From contig JAVJWO010000124.1 in NCBI GenBank assembly GCA_040222015.1, positions 1 through 26,974 of the forward strand: 26,974 nucleotides of DNA. The letters are read 5' to 3'. Source of the stretch: Coleofasciculus chthonoplastes F2-STO-03. GTDB lineage: Bacteria; Cyanobacteriota; Cyanobacteriia; Cyanobacteriales; Coleofasciculaceae. A program made the position numbers and the translations under genes. Below the pieces are notes generated by a model that did no database searches, was not told the origin of the DNA, and worked only from the letters and a program-made list of their open reading frames with translations. Of the stretch, positions 18,012-26,974 are shown one piece after another. Every line of letters starts with the position of its first letter. Position 1 is the first letter of the stretch.

Positions 18012-18329
18012 CCAACTCTAGCGTATGGACATCAGACAGGCTAACTTCAAAGTAGCAATAAGATGCTGGTCGCTCCAAACATCGCAGCTAGGGAAAGAAC
18101 ATGACCACTGGTTCGCACAGGTTACGCCCTGCGGTAAAAGATAAACCAAGCCATGTTGTACAAGTAAAAATCTGCCTGTGGAAGACGGGCGGCTGCCTGT
18201 TGACGCTGAGTAAGACCATCACCAGGTTGAGTTCTGGACTTTCAAACGAGAAAGTACCTAACGTGGCATCGGCGAATGAAACGGGAAATCCTGAAGACGA
18301 ATAAAACCGTCCTTGTCTAGTTGAGTTGG
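18012..18329 (+). ncRNA. Structured RNA resembling an isolated group IIB intron domain I
   Basis: Nested helices with many G-U pairs: CCAACTC/GAGTTGG closing stem; GCTGGT/ACCAAGC; ATCGC-[AGCT bulge]-AGGG/CCCT-GCGGT; TGACC/GGTTA; CTGCCTGT/ACGGGCGG; CCTGTT/AACGGG; CGCTGA/TCGGCG; CCAG/CTGG; ACTTTC/GAAAGT. The intron assignment rests on recalled motif order, not on a search. Confidence 0.65.
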
Positions 18330-18363
18330 AAGCCCCAACTTCAACGAAGCAAGTTGGGGTACT

Positions 18364-19005
18364 TCACTTAAATGCATCTTTAAGGACTGTACGGGCAGCC
18401 AAATGATTGCGCGTGGAGGTAAGTATTTCCGCTTCGCGTTCCAAACGGGCTGCTGTATCCTGCATTTCTAACAACGCTTGTTGTTCTGAGGCGACGCCGT
18501 AAAGATTGCCCGCTACCCAATACGATAATTCTAAGGGAAGGTCTGGCAAGTCTTCGGGCAGCTCAATTTTCTGATCAGTCAGCTTGGCAGAAAGATGAAC
18601 GACATCTCGCAGCAATTGTTCAACGGATGTGGAAATTTCTTTTAAGTCTTTTTGTGAGGGTTGATCCTCTATCCATTCCACCAATCCGACACGATAGGGT
18701 TTTTCTCGGACGTATTCTAAAACTCGAAATCGTTGCTGACCCAGGGTTAAGACTTTCATCCGATCATCAGGCAGACGCTGGAAATGTATGATTTCAGCGC
18801 AGCAGCCAACGGCTGCGGGTTGACCTTGCACCGGGTCCCACATTAGTACCCCAAAACGCCGATCGCTCTCCAAAATCGTGTTCATCAGGATACGATAGCG
18901 AAATTCAAAGATATGGAGGGGCAGAGGACGTCCCGGAAATAGAACCACTTCTGGCAGTGGAAACAAAGGAAGTTCTCTAACAGCAATTGAGGAAGAGGAT
19001 GCCAT
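18364..19005 (-). CDS. LON peptidase substrate-binding (N-terminal) domain protein
   Basis: VRELPLFPLPEVVLFPGRPLPLHIFEFRYRI, VGCCAEI, LGQQRFRV; no ATPase or protease domain. Confidence 0.92.
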   Translation of the reverse strand: MASSSSIAVRELPLFPLPEVVLFPGRPLPLHIFEFRYRILMNTILESDRRFGVLMWDPVQGQPAAVGCCAEIIHFQRLPDDRMKVLTLGQQRFRVLEYVREKPYRVGLVEWIEDQPSQKDLKEISTSVEQLLRDVVHLSAKLTDQKIELPEDLPDLPLELSYWVAGNLYGVASEQQALLEMQDTAARLEREAEILTSTRNHLAARTVLKDAFK

Positions 19006-19188
19006 TGTGCCTTGGTGAAAAGGTTAACTGCGCTTCTTTACCTACTTTAACGGATTTTTGTTGGGACAAGAAGCCACCAAATCCTTTAAAGCTGTACTAA
19101 CTCATATCTTGTCCGGCTTTATGGCATGTCGATTACTTGTACTGATTGGGGCAAGAGCATTACCCTCCTACCCTTCTCATTTTCCACC

Positions 19189-19506
19189 CTATAACTTCAC
19201 TTCAATATCCACACCAGCCGGTAAATCCAGTTTCATCAGGGCGTCAATGGTTTTGGACGATGGCTGATAAATGTCAATAAGTCGCCGATGAGTACGGGTT
19301 TCAAAATGTTCCCGCGAATCCTTATCAACGTGGGGCGATCGCAAGACACAATAAATACGACGTTTGGTCGGTAAGGGAATTGGACCGACGGCGGCAGCAT
19401 TGGTGCGATTTGCTGTATCCACAATCTTCTCGCATGAAGTGTCTAGTAATCGCCGATCAAATGCTTTAAGACGAATCCGAATTTTTTGCTGCTGAATCGT
19501 TGCCAT
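19189..19506 (-). CDS. rpsJ: 30S ribosomal protein S10
   Basis: [38 protein letters not shown]; start reassigned to ATG 19506. Confidence 0.98.
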   Translation of the reverse strand: MATIQQQKIRIRLKAFDRRLLDTSCEKIVDTANRTNAAAVGPIPLPTKRRIYCVLRSPHVDKDSREHFETRTHRRLIDIYQPSSKTIDALMKLDLPAGVDIEVKL

Positions 19507-19628
19507 TTTTTTGAGTTGTCTAGGTTCTGAAATAATTAGGAGTTGTGAAGTGTTGAGTGTTGAATGAATGTTCCCGAACTCAGAACTCAACACTCAGAAT
19601 TCATAACGTTTTGCCAACACAGAGAATA

Positions 19629-19662
19629 AGGAGCAGAGAACAGCATCAGCCTCTCTGCTCCT
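19629..19662. other. 11 bp stem-loop in the tufA-rpsJ spacer
   Basis: AGGAGCAGAGA-12 nt-TCTCTGCTCCT. There is no U-tract, so an mRNA stability or processing role is more likely than termination. Confidence 0.5.
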
Positions 19663-19684
19663 ACTCTTTGGAGTGAGAACAGTG

Positions 19685-20914
19685 CTACTTGAGGATTTTG
19701 GAGACAACACCTGCACCGATGGTGCGACCGCCTTCGCGAATGGCAAAGCGCATTCCTTGTTCAATCGCGATCGGGTTGATTAACTCCACAGTCATTTTTA
19801 CTCGGTCTCCCGGCATAACCATTTCCACATTGCTACCATCATCAGCGGTGTAGGAATTAATTGTTCCCGTCACATCGGTGGTACGAACGTAGAACTGAGG
19901 GCGATAACCGGAAAAGAACGGAGTATGACGTCCTCCTTCTTCTTTTTTGAGGACATAGACTTCCGACTCAAACTGAGTATGAGGAGTGATAGAACCGGGC
20001 TTGGCAATTACCATTCCCCGCTCAATATCTTTCTTCTCAACACCTCGGAGCAGAATTCCGGCATTGTCACCCGCCATCCCTTCATCGAGACTCTTCTTAA
20101 ACATCTCAATGCCAGTGACGGTTTTCTTGACCGTATCCCGGAGTCCAACTAGCTCAACTTCGTCGCCAATCTTGACTTTACCGCGCTCGATCCGACCCGT
20201 GGCGACTGTCCCCCGACCGGTAATGGTGAAGACGTCTTCGACTGCCATCAGGAAGGGCTTATCCACGTCCCGTTCTGGGGTAGGAATGTAAGCATCGACC
20301 TCATCCATTAACGCATAGATCTGATCAACCCACTCATCATCACCCTTCTTAAGGTTTGGGTTAGAGGTAAGAGAATCAAGCGCCTTTAACGCCGAACCTG
20401 CCACGATGGGAATATTATCTCCATCGAATTCATAATCACTGAGGAGTTCGCGGACTTCCAGTTCCACCAATTCCAGTAATTCTTCATCGTCCACCTGGTC
20501 TTTCTTATTCAAAAAGACCACCAAGTTGGGGACGCCTACCTGCTTGGCAAGGAGGATATGTTCCCGTGTTTGCGGCATCGGACCGTCAGCGGCGGAAACT
20601 ACCAGGATCGCCCCATCCATTTGAGCCGCACCCGTGATCATGTTTTTCACGTAGTCAGCGTGTCCTGGGCAATCAACGTGAGCGTAGTGGCGATTCGCCG
20701 TTTCATACTCAACGTGAGCGGTGTTAATGGTAATCCCCCGCGCCTTTTCCTCTGGTGCCGCATCAATGTCTTCGTACTTCTTGGCGGTTGCTTGACCTGA
20801 TGCAGCCAGAGTCATGGTAATGGCAGCCGTCAACGTTGTTTTGCCGTGGTCTACGTGACCAATTGTGCCAATGTTGACGTGGGGTTTAGTCCTTTCAAAC
20901 TTTGAGCGTGCCAT
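19685..20914 (-). CDS. tufA: Elongation factor Tu
   Basis: [47 protein letters not shown]. Confidence 0.99.
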   Translation of the reverse strand: MARSKFERTKPHVNIGTIGHVDHGKTTLTAAITMTLAASGQATAKKYEDIDAAPEEKARGITINTAHVEYETANRHYAHVDCPGHADYVKNMITGAAQMDGAILVVSAADGPMPQTREHILLAKQVGVPNLVVFLNKKDQVDDEELLELVELEVRELLSDYEFDGDNIPIVAGSALKALDSLTSNPNLKKGDDEWVDQIYALMDEVDAYIPTPERDVDKPFLMAVEDVFTITGRGTVATGRIERGKVKIGDEVELVGLRDTVKKTVTGIEMFKKSLDEGMAGDNAGILLRGVEKKDIERGMVIAKPGSITPHTQFESEVYVLKKEEGGRHTPFFSGYRPQFYVRTTDVTGTINSYTADDGSNVEMVMPGDRVKMTVELINPIAIEQGMRFAIREGGRTIGAGVVSKILK

Positions 20915-20937
20915 GAATTACGTTTTCCTTTTCTTAG

Positions 20938-23013
20938 TTATGCGTTCCCTTTGCTCTTAGCAATGATAGCTTCAGCCACGTTACGAGGCACTTCATCATA
21001 GTTGCTAAACTCCATTGAGAAGATACCTCGACCTTGGGTTTTTGACCGTATATCCGTAGCATAACCAAACATCTCGGCTAATGGAACTTTAGCAGAAACT
21101 TTGGCAATACCTTCGTCGGTACCCATCCCTTCGATTTGACCACGGCGGGAGTTGAGATCGCCCATGACATCTCCGAGAAAGTCTTCAGGCACTTCAACTT
21201 CCACTTTCATCATAGGCTCGAGTAACACTGGTGCAGCCTTCGTTACGCCGTTTTTAATTGCTATCGAACCAGCAATTTTGAACGCCATTTCCGAAGAGTC
21301 AACATCGTGGTACGAACCATCAACTAACGTGGCTTTGACATCAATGAGGGGATACCCAGCTAGGATACCCGATTCGCAGGCTTCTTTCATACCCTGCTCA
21401 GCCGGGGAAATAAATTCTCTCGGTACGGAACCACCAACAATCTTGGAGACAAATTCAAACCCACTACCGGTTTCACCTGGCTCCAATTCAATGACGACAT
21501 GACCGTACTGACCTTTACCGCCACTTTGACGGATGAACTTGCCTTCAGCTTGCACGGATTTGCGGATGGTTTCTCGGTAAGCCACCTGAGGGGCACCCAC
21601 ATTGGCTTCGACTTTGAACTCCCGCAGCATCCGATCAACCAGAATTTCCAGGTGAAGTTCACCCATTCCCGCAATCACGGTTTGATTGGTTTCTGGGTCG
21701 ATACTGACCCGGAATGTCGGATCTTCTTCCGATAAGGATTGGAGTGCTTTGGAAAGCTTCTCCATATCCTGCTTGGTTTTGGGTTCTACGGCTACCGAAA
21801 TCACCGGCTCTGGAATATAAAGCGATTCCAAAATAATCGGCGATTCTTCGTCACAAATTGTATCACCCGTTGTCGTTTGCTTGAGACCAATTGCCGCACC
21901 CAGATCGCCAGCTCGTAGCTCATCGACCTCAATCCGTTCGTTGGATTTCAAAATAATCAGCCGGGAGATACGCTCCTTCTGATCTTTGGTGGAGTTGAGA
22001 ATATAGCTACCTTTTCGCAGAATTCCGGAGTAGACCCGCATGAAGGTTAAACGACCATAAGGGTCTGACATGATTTTAAATGCCAGCGCCGATAGGGGAG
22101 CTTCATCTTTTGCTGGTCGGTTGTCCGTTGTCCCATCTGGCAATAGTCCCTGAATTGGCGGAACTTCCTGCGGAGAGGGTAGATAATCCACCACTCCATC
22201 AAGGAGTAACTGTACTCCTCTATTTTTGAAGGCTGAACCACACAGCACCGGCACAATCGTACCGGCAATCGTACCTTTACGCAGGGCAGAGCGAATTTCG
22301 GCTTCGGTGAGTTCTTCTTCTGCCAGATATTTTTCTATAAGCGCTTCATCAGTCTCAGCTACAGCTTCGATCAGCTTAACTCGGTACTCTTGGGCTAGCT
22401 CTTGAACCTTTTCCGGGATTTCGGTGTCTTGCATATCCGTACCCAGGTCATTGGTATAAATCCGGGCACGCATTTGCACAAGATCGACAATCCCGTGGAA
22501 ATCACTTTCACTGCCGATGGGAATTTGGATTGCCACCGCATTGGTACGCATCCGATCGCGGAGTTGTTCATATACTTTGAAAAAGTTAGCACCCGTGCGA
22601 TCCATCTTGTTGACAAAGGCAATCCTCGGCACCTTGTAGCGATCTGCTTGCCGCCACACGGTTTCCGATTGGGGCTGGACACCTCCCACTGAGCAGAACA
22701 CAGCAATTACACCATCTAAAACCCGCATCGAACGCTCAACTTCAATCGTGAAGTCTACGTGACCCGGTGTATCAATGATGTTAATCCGGTGATCCAGCCA
22801 GTTCGTGCTGATGGCAGCAGCAGTAATTGTAATTCCCCGTTCCCGCTCTTGCTCCATCCAGTCGGTCACGGCTGTCCCTTCATGGACTTCGCCTAGTTTA
22901 TGAACGATTCCTGAGTAAAACAGGATTCGTTCTGTTGTTGTTGTCTTGCCCGCATCAATGTGGGCGGCAATCCCGATATTGCGTATTTTCTCAAGCGGGA
23001 TGGTACGTGCCAC
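20938..23013 (-). CDS. fusA: Elongation factor G
   Basis: [44 protein letters not shown]. Confidence 0.99.
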   Translation of the reverse strand: MARTIPLEKIRNIGIAAHIDAGKTTTTERILFYSGIVHKLGEVHEGTAVTDWMEQERERGITITAAAISTNWLDHRINIIDTPGHVDFTIEVERSMRVLDGVIAVFCSVGGVQPQSETVWRQADRYKVPRIAFVNKMDRTGANFFKVYEQLRDRMRTNAVAIQIPIGSESDFHGIVDLVQMRARIYTNDLGTDMQDTEIPEKVQELAQEYRVKLIEAVAETDEALIEKYLAEEELTEAEIRSALRKGTIAGTIVPVLCGSAFKNRGVQLLLDGVVDYLPSPQEVPPIQGLLPDGTTDNRPAKDEAPLSALAFKIMSDPYGRLTFMRVYSGILRKGSYILNSTKDQKERISRLIILKSNERIEVDELRAGDLGAAIGLKQTTTGDTICDEESPIILESLYIPEPVISVAVEPKTKQDMEKLSKALQSLSEEDPTFRVSIDPETNQTVIAGMGELHLEILVDRMLREFKVEANVGAPQVAYRETIRKSVQAEGKFIRQSGGKGQYGHVVIELEPGETGSGFEFVSKIVGGSVPREFISPAEQGMKEACESGILAGYPLIDVKATLVDGSYHDVDSSEMAFKIAGSIAIKNGVTKAAPVLLEPMMKVEVEVPEDFLGDVMGDLNSRRGQIEGMGTDEGIAKVSAKVPLAEMFGYATDIRSKTQGRGIFSMEFSNYDEVPRNVAEAIIAKSKGNA

Positions 23014-23223
23014 AGCTACCTCCTTCGTCTGTGCCGCAAGTTTACACGTTGCGTTGCTATCTCTTTACAATTCTATACTTTGTTTAACTTTTTAGGGATT
23101 TGTCCTTTGTTCGTTGTCCTACTCGCTCCTCGAAAACTCAGACAGCGACGTTATTTTTTTCCCACGAAATCCCCAAAATTAACCTTTAGCCTCCTTGGCG
23201 CTGTCAGTTATTAGCTTACTGAA

Positions 23224-23694
23224 TTAGTAGCGATAATGAGCAAACGCTTTATTGGCATCTGCCATCCGATGGGTTTCTTCCCGCTTACGAATGGCATTCC
23301 CCGTTTCATTTGCCGCATCCATCAGCTCATTGGCGAATTTACTCGCCATACTTCTCCCTGAACGACTTCGGGAAAACTGGATCAGCCAGCGCATGGCTAA
23401 TGTTATTCCGCGTTCTGAGCGGACTTCCATAGGAACTTGATAGGTTGCCCCTCCAACCCGACGGGCTTTCACTTCTACTAAAGGAGTGACATTCCGTACC
23501 GCTTCTTCAAATACCTCTAGCGGTTCCTTTCCGGTGCGTTCTTCAATAATTTTGAAGGCGTCATAGATAATCCGAGATGCTACTGATTTTTTCCCATGAT
23601 GCATAATCCGGCGCACCATCATACTAAGCAGACGGCTGTTATAAACCGGGTCAGGGGGGACTGGACGCTTTTTAACAACTGTACGACGAGACAT
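23224..23694 (-). CDS. rpsG: 30S ribosomal protein S7
   Basis: [38 protein letters not shown]. Confidence 0.99.
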   Translation of the reverse strand: MSRRTVVKKRPVPPDPVYNSRLLSMMVRRIMHHGKKSVASRIIYDAFKIIEERTGKEPLEVFEEAVRNVTPLVEVKARRVGGATYQVPMEVRSERGITLAMRWLIQFSRSRSGRSMASKFANELMDAANETGNAIRKREETHRMADANKAFAHYRY

Positions 23695-23890
23695 AGTAAG
23701 CCTTTACAAAATACATACACGGCAAATTTAACTATTTATCCTGGAACTGATTATTTTTTCTCCAGCTTTAGGAGTTGCTTGAACAAAACAAGCCACTTCA
23801 TCTCCCTATTTTCCTGATCAAGTTAACCCGAACAAACCGCTATGGGTAAGTCTAGCAGGGTTTTGGCAGATTTAGAAAAGCTCTCTTGGT

Positions 23891-24262
23891 TTACTTAGGA
23901 CGCTTGGTTCCGTACTTGGAACGACCCTGCTTGCGATCTTTCACACCCGCCGTATCTAGAGTTCCTCGAATAATGTGATATCGAACTCCGGGTAAATCTT
24001 TAACCCGTCCTCCTCTAATCATGACGACCGAGTGTTCTTGAAGGTTATGACCAATCCCTGGAATATACGCCGTCACTTCAAAACCCGAGGTCAGACGTAC
24101 CCTTGCCACTTTCCGCAGGGCTGAGTTCGGTTTCTTGGGGGTTGTCGTGTAGACGCGGGTGCAAACACCCCGCCGTTGTGGACATTGTTTCAGTGCAGGC
24201 GATTTTGTTTTCGCCTTAATTTTGGCACGTTCGCTACGAATAAGCTGCTGGATAGTGGGCAT
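23891..24262 (-). CDS. rpsL: 30S ribosomal protein S12
   Basis: [32 protein letters not shown]. Confidence 0.99.
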   Translation of the reverse strand: MPTIQQLIRSERAKIKAKTKSPALKQCPQRRGVCTRVYTTTPKKPNSALRKVARVRLTSGFEVTAYIPGIGHNLQEHSVVMIRGGRVKDLPGVRYHIIRGTLDTAGVKDRKQGRSKYGTKRPK

Positions 24263-24315
24263 GAGTTAAGGCGCGTGAAATTCCTTGAATCGTTTGTAAG
24301 TATTGACAAATTCTG

Positions 24316-24345
24316 ATTGTACTGACTTTTAGGTAACAATGTCAA
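24316..24345 (-). promoter_or_regulatory. Sigma70-type promoter of the str operon
   Basis: Minus strand TTGACA-18 nt-TACAAT, about 54 nt upstream of rpsL. Confidence 0.75.
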
Positions 24346-24438
24346 TTTTTTGGTCTTTTGTCCTTGGTCATACTCGAAGAGCGAGAAGCAAGCTACGTCC
24401 TTTGTCCTTTAATTACTCCTTCAACCTAGGATCATTCC

Positions 24439-24771
24439 TTACGTCTTAACTCGAAACGAGTTACCACAGCCACAGGTTTCAATGGCATTGGGATTATAAA
24501 AGCGAAACCCACCGCCCATGAGATCTTCGGAATAATCCAAGGTGAGGGTAGTTAAATGCTTGGTACTTGCCTCATCCACGACAACGACGATGCCCTGACA
24601 GTCATAGACGCGATCGCTCGATCTGACGGCATCATCATCAAACTCCATAGTATAGTATAAATCTGCACATCCTCCTGGCTTCACGCCTAAGCGTAATCGA
24701 GCTTGCTGTTGCTGGCGCTTGGTTTGCAGGCGTCTTATTTCATCAGTCGCCGCTTGACTCAGTGTAATCAT
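24439..24771 (-). CDS. iscA: HesB/IscA family Fe-S cluster assembly protein
   Basis: MITLSQAA, RLGVKPGGC, LDYSEDLMGGGFRF.NPNA..TCGCGNSF; start set at ATG 24771. Confidence 0.92.
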   Translation of the reverse strand: MITLSQAATDEIRRLQTKRQQQQARLRLGVKPGGCADLYYTMEFDDDAVRSSDRVYDCQGIVVVVDEASTKHLTTLTLDYSEDLMGGGFRFYNPNAIETCGCGNSFRVKT

Positions 24772-24817
24772 CTTGACAGGCAATTCTCGAAAACTCCTTC
24801 TATTGGTCACCTGGGGC

Positions 24818-24850
24818 AAAAAAATTTCCTCCCCTAGTATTAGGGAGGAG
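24818..24850 (-). terminator. Probable intrinsic terminator downstream of the cupin gene
   Basis: Minus strand TCCTCCC-taatactag-GGGAGGA-aa-TTTTTTT. Confidence 0.55.
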
Positions 24851-24869
24851 TAAATTTGGCGTCAAGCTA

Positions 24870-24905
24870 TTGACATCCTCACCGCCCTATAAGTGCGGTG
24901 ATTCC
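24870..24905 (-). mobile_element. Orphan IS200/IS605-type right end
   Basis: Minus strand GAAT-CACCGC-acttatagg-GCGGTG-aggatg-TCAA has the guide/hairpin/cleavage-site layout of the IS608 right end (GAAT/TCAA). Confidence 0.7.
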
Positions 24906-24912
24906 TCACCAC

Positions 24913-25338
24913 CTATTCTGAGGTGGACTCGCTGCGGGCGTAGTCATCTTCATAGCGAATAATGTCATCTTCGCCAAGATACTCGCCATTCTGTACTTCA
25001 ATTAATACCAGCGGAATGACACCCGGATTTTCTAGGCGATGAGCATGTCCTTGAGGAACATAGCTGGACTGATTTTGATGAATGAATAATTCCTTATCCC
25101 CGCAAATAACCTTCGCCATGCCACTGACCACAATCCAGTGTTCACTACGATGGTAGTGCATTTGCAGACTGAGGCGATGACCAGGCTTCACCTCAATACG
25201 CTTAATTTTGTATCCTCGCCCCTCTTCCAGAACAGTAAATGAACCCCAAGGTCTTAGTTCTGTAGCGGCAGCGCCTTCGGCTGTCAACGATCTGGGTAGG
25301 GTGATCGCCGAATCTTGAGGAACTGCTTGCTGAACCAT
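24913..25338 (-). CDS. Cupin, mannose-6-phosphate isomerase type II C-terminal domain protein
   Basis: RPWGSF, KIKRIEVKPG.RLSLQMHYHRSEHWIVVSG, HRLENPG, IEVQNGEYLGEDDIIR.EDDY. Confidence 0.92.
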   Translation of the reverse strand: MVQQAVPQDSAITLPRSLTAEGAAATELRPWGSFTVLEEGRGYKIKRIEVKPGHRLSLQMHYHRSEHWIVVSGMAKVICGDKELFIHQNQSSYVPQGHAHRLENPGVIPLVLIEVQNGEYLGEDDIIRYEDDYARSESTSE

Positions 25339-25549
25339 AGTCTTTCTCCTGAAAATAGTTACGACATTAATCGCACGTAAAAACGTTTTATTGGGTTTTT
25401 AGCTATTGCCAGGTTCTCAACAACACAAAACCTAACCACAATCAACATTAGCAAATTCAGCTAAGATTTTGAATACATTAGGGGATGGATTCGTAAAATT
25501 GTAGGAAGTCTTTACATTTAGAGGCTTGAGCTTTATCAAAACTTTAAGA

Positions 25550-25679
25550 TAAAGAGTCGGACACAAGAAAAGGTGACTCATTAAGTTTTGTGAATAATTC
25601 TCAAACCCTTACAAAGGACTAAGGACAAATGACATAGGACGACCTCCACCGCTCTTCTTTTATTGTGTCCACCTACTTA
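25550..25679. mobile_element. 130 bp MITE bounded by TA (IS630-like)
   Basis: The left arm TAAAGAGTCGGACACAAGAAAAG matches the reverse complement of the right arm, TAAGTAGGTGGACACAATAAAAG, at 18/23. Heptamer repeats lie inside. Confidence 0.65.
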
Positions 25680-26974
25680 CTTATAAGGTCGGAAAAGCCC
25701 TAAACCATTGTGAACCCGGGCGGCTGTATGAGGAGAACGATCGAGAAGATGACCTCCCAAATAGAGTCCAGTCGAACTCCCCCCATCGAGATTGAGCGCA
25801 TCAACGGCTCCTAGTTGTTGCATCAACTGTGCCGTTTCGGTCAAGTTGGGTCCCCTGCCACCGACACGATTGTGCATAGCCGTAATAATTACTGTGCCAT
25901 TTGCAGTGATACCGATCGCACTCCGAATAGCAGATTGTTGGGCAAAGGCATTACTAAAGTTTTCGGCTTTGGCATCTAACACAATTTGACGATTTTGCAG
26001 TAACAAGGGACCGGCACCCAGGATATGAGGATAATTATTAAACTCAATGGGCAACGTTTTCTGTTCAATCTGAACGGTTGTACCAATAGTGAGTGATTTA
26101 GCGATCGCACTTGGATCATGTCCTCGGTTGGTAAGCAGATAACCATTAACCGGAATCACAAAGGATTCCTCTCCAGCGACTCCTCCGGGTAATTGAGCAG
26201 TAATCTGGTTATTCTGCACCACCCAAATCACTTCATTATCGGTTAAAGGGGTATAGGTTACACCCCAAGCTGGGGTATAGCGAGACATCCCGGCTTGCAC
26301 ATAACCACTATTCAGAAATAGACTCGGAAAACGTTCTCCATTTGCGGTAATTAAGGTTTCCTGGAGGCTAAGGCGTCCAAATTTAAATTGATGCTGATCT
26401 GTCCACGCGATCGCACCTCGGTTGAGAATGGGACCAGAATACCAATATCCATCCCGGCGGATCGCACCTAATGGTAATTGATTATTGCGGTTAAAGAAGC
26501 CACCATTAATCGCAGCAGCAGCTTTCCACAACTGCGCTGTTTTAATCAGGGGGGCGGTTCCCACTTGAGTTGTGGGATTACTCCACATCGGTTTCAGATT
26601 GACTTGCGGATTTTTGGGATCAACCTCTAGCCACACCACAGGAAATTGAGTATCAGCCAGTGTCACAGTCCGCTGACGCCACCAAATACCTGGTGCCCAC
26701 AGAATATCTTTTTCCACCATGGCATTGGGACGAAGTTCGATAACTAAGCGATTGGGATTGGGTAAACTAAAAACGTGCAACTGTAGACCATCTGGAATCG
26801 AAACCCCGATAGTTGTTTGGGTTTGATTCGTTTCAACTTGAATAGTCGGTTGATTGTCTAAGGCTTCCCCTGCTTCCCCTGCTTCCCCTGCTTCCCCTGC
26901 TTCCCCTGCTTCCCCTGCTTCCCCTGCTTCCCCTGCTTCCCCTGCTTCCCCTGCTTCCCCAGCTCCCCCTGCTT
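25677..26974 (-). CDS. Phosphodiester glycosidase (NAGPA) family protein, 5' end outside the window
   Basis: [30 protein letters not shown]. The frame stays open from 26780 to the window end, reading (GEA)[42 protein letters not shown]. Confidence 0.9.
   Translation of the reverse strand, partial: AGGAGEAGEAGEAGEAGEAGEAGEAGEAGEAGEAGEALDNQPTIQVETNQTQTTIGVSIPDGLQLHVFSLPNPNRLVIELRPNAMVEKDILWAPGIWWRQRTVTLADTQFPVVWLEVDPKNPQVNLKPMWSNPTTQVGTAPLIKTAQLWKAAAAINGGFFNRNNQLPLGAIRRDGYWYSGPILNRGAIAWTDQHQFKFGRLSLQETLITANGERFPSLFLNSGYVQAGMSRYTPAWGVTYTPLTDNEVIWVVQNNQITAQLPGGVAGEESFVIPVNGYLLTNRGHDPSAIAKSLTIGTTVQIEQKTLPIEFNNYPHILGAGPLLLQNRQIVLDAKAENFSNAFAQQSAIRSAIGITANGTVIITAMHNRVGGRGPNLTETAQLMQQLGAVDALNLDGGSSTGLYLGGHLLDRSPHTAARVHNGLGLFRPYK
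26863..26974. repeat. 9-bp tandem repeat (GCTTCCCCT), at least 12 units, coding
   Basis: 10 perfect units (26863-26952) plus two variant units, truncated by the window edge. Confidence 0.97.

Larger units (their letters stand above)
17711..18367 (+). mobile_element. Non-autonomous IS200/IS605-type element carrying an RHH gene and a structured RNA; no tnpA or tnpB
   Basis: Left hairpin GAAG-T-CCCACCCT..ATAGGCG/CGCCTAT-AGGGTGGG-GATAG (17720-17789). Right hairpin GAAG-CCCCAACTT-caacgaagc-AAGTTGGGG-TACT-TCAC (18329-18367). The left junction is at 17711 or 17719. Confidence 0.8.

Noticed and set aside
18101..18304. 67-aa ORF inside the element as a TnpB remnant or real protein
   Set aside because: It has no RuvC or zinc-finger motifs. 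The region is better explained by extensive RNA base pairing.
17993..18367. Complete self-splicing intron (group I IStron or group II) or HEARO/IscB omegaRNA
   Set aside because: No group I R/S elements, no GUGYG start, no domain V (AGC...GNRA...AC bulge) or domain VI, and no IscB or RT ORF were found.
19925..23817. Short antisense or alternate-frame ORFs over tufA, fusA and rpsG (and similar ones over nblS, phr, rne and pheA)
   Set aside because: These are shadow ORFs of conserved genes with no recognisable motifs.
23891..24262. Streptomycin-resistance allele of rpsL
   Set aside because: Both key lysines are wild type (TPKKPNS, RVKDLPG).

Overview
Cyanobacterial chromosome segment. About 20 HIP1 octamers (GCGATCGC, manual count), heptamer STRR-type repeats and GTAG REP-like palindromes suggest a filamentous, Oscillatoriales-like host (inference). 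The backbone is housekeeping: nblS/hik33, purD, CPD photolyase, a NUDIX hydrolase, folK, iscS, rne-rnhB, DUF1997, pheA, a LON N-domain protein, the str operon (rpsL-rpsG-fusA-tufA-rpsJ), iscA, a PMI-type cupin and a phosphodiester-glycosidase-family gene. Three Uma2 loci (one decayed) are interspersed. The ORF track misses an intact solo tnpB (1-1119, minus strand) whose left end supplies the last codons and stop of nblS. The most unusual feature is a ~650 bp non-autonomous element between pheA and the LON gene (~17711-18367). It has IS200/IS605-type left and right end hairpins enclosing a 43-aa ribbon-helix-helix gene, a palindromic operator/promoter and a ~320 nt highly pairable RNA. That RNA looks like an isolated group IIB intron domain I with EBS-like loops but no DV/DVI, RT or TnpB. 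Other mobile remnants are a 213 bp MITE with a 10 bp TSD inserted in a hairpin, a 130 bp TA-bounded MITE, an orphan IS605 right end, and a 9-bp repeat expanded into a (Gly-Glu-Ala)n coding tract.
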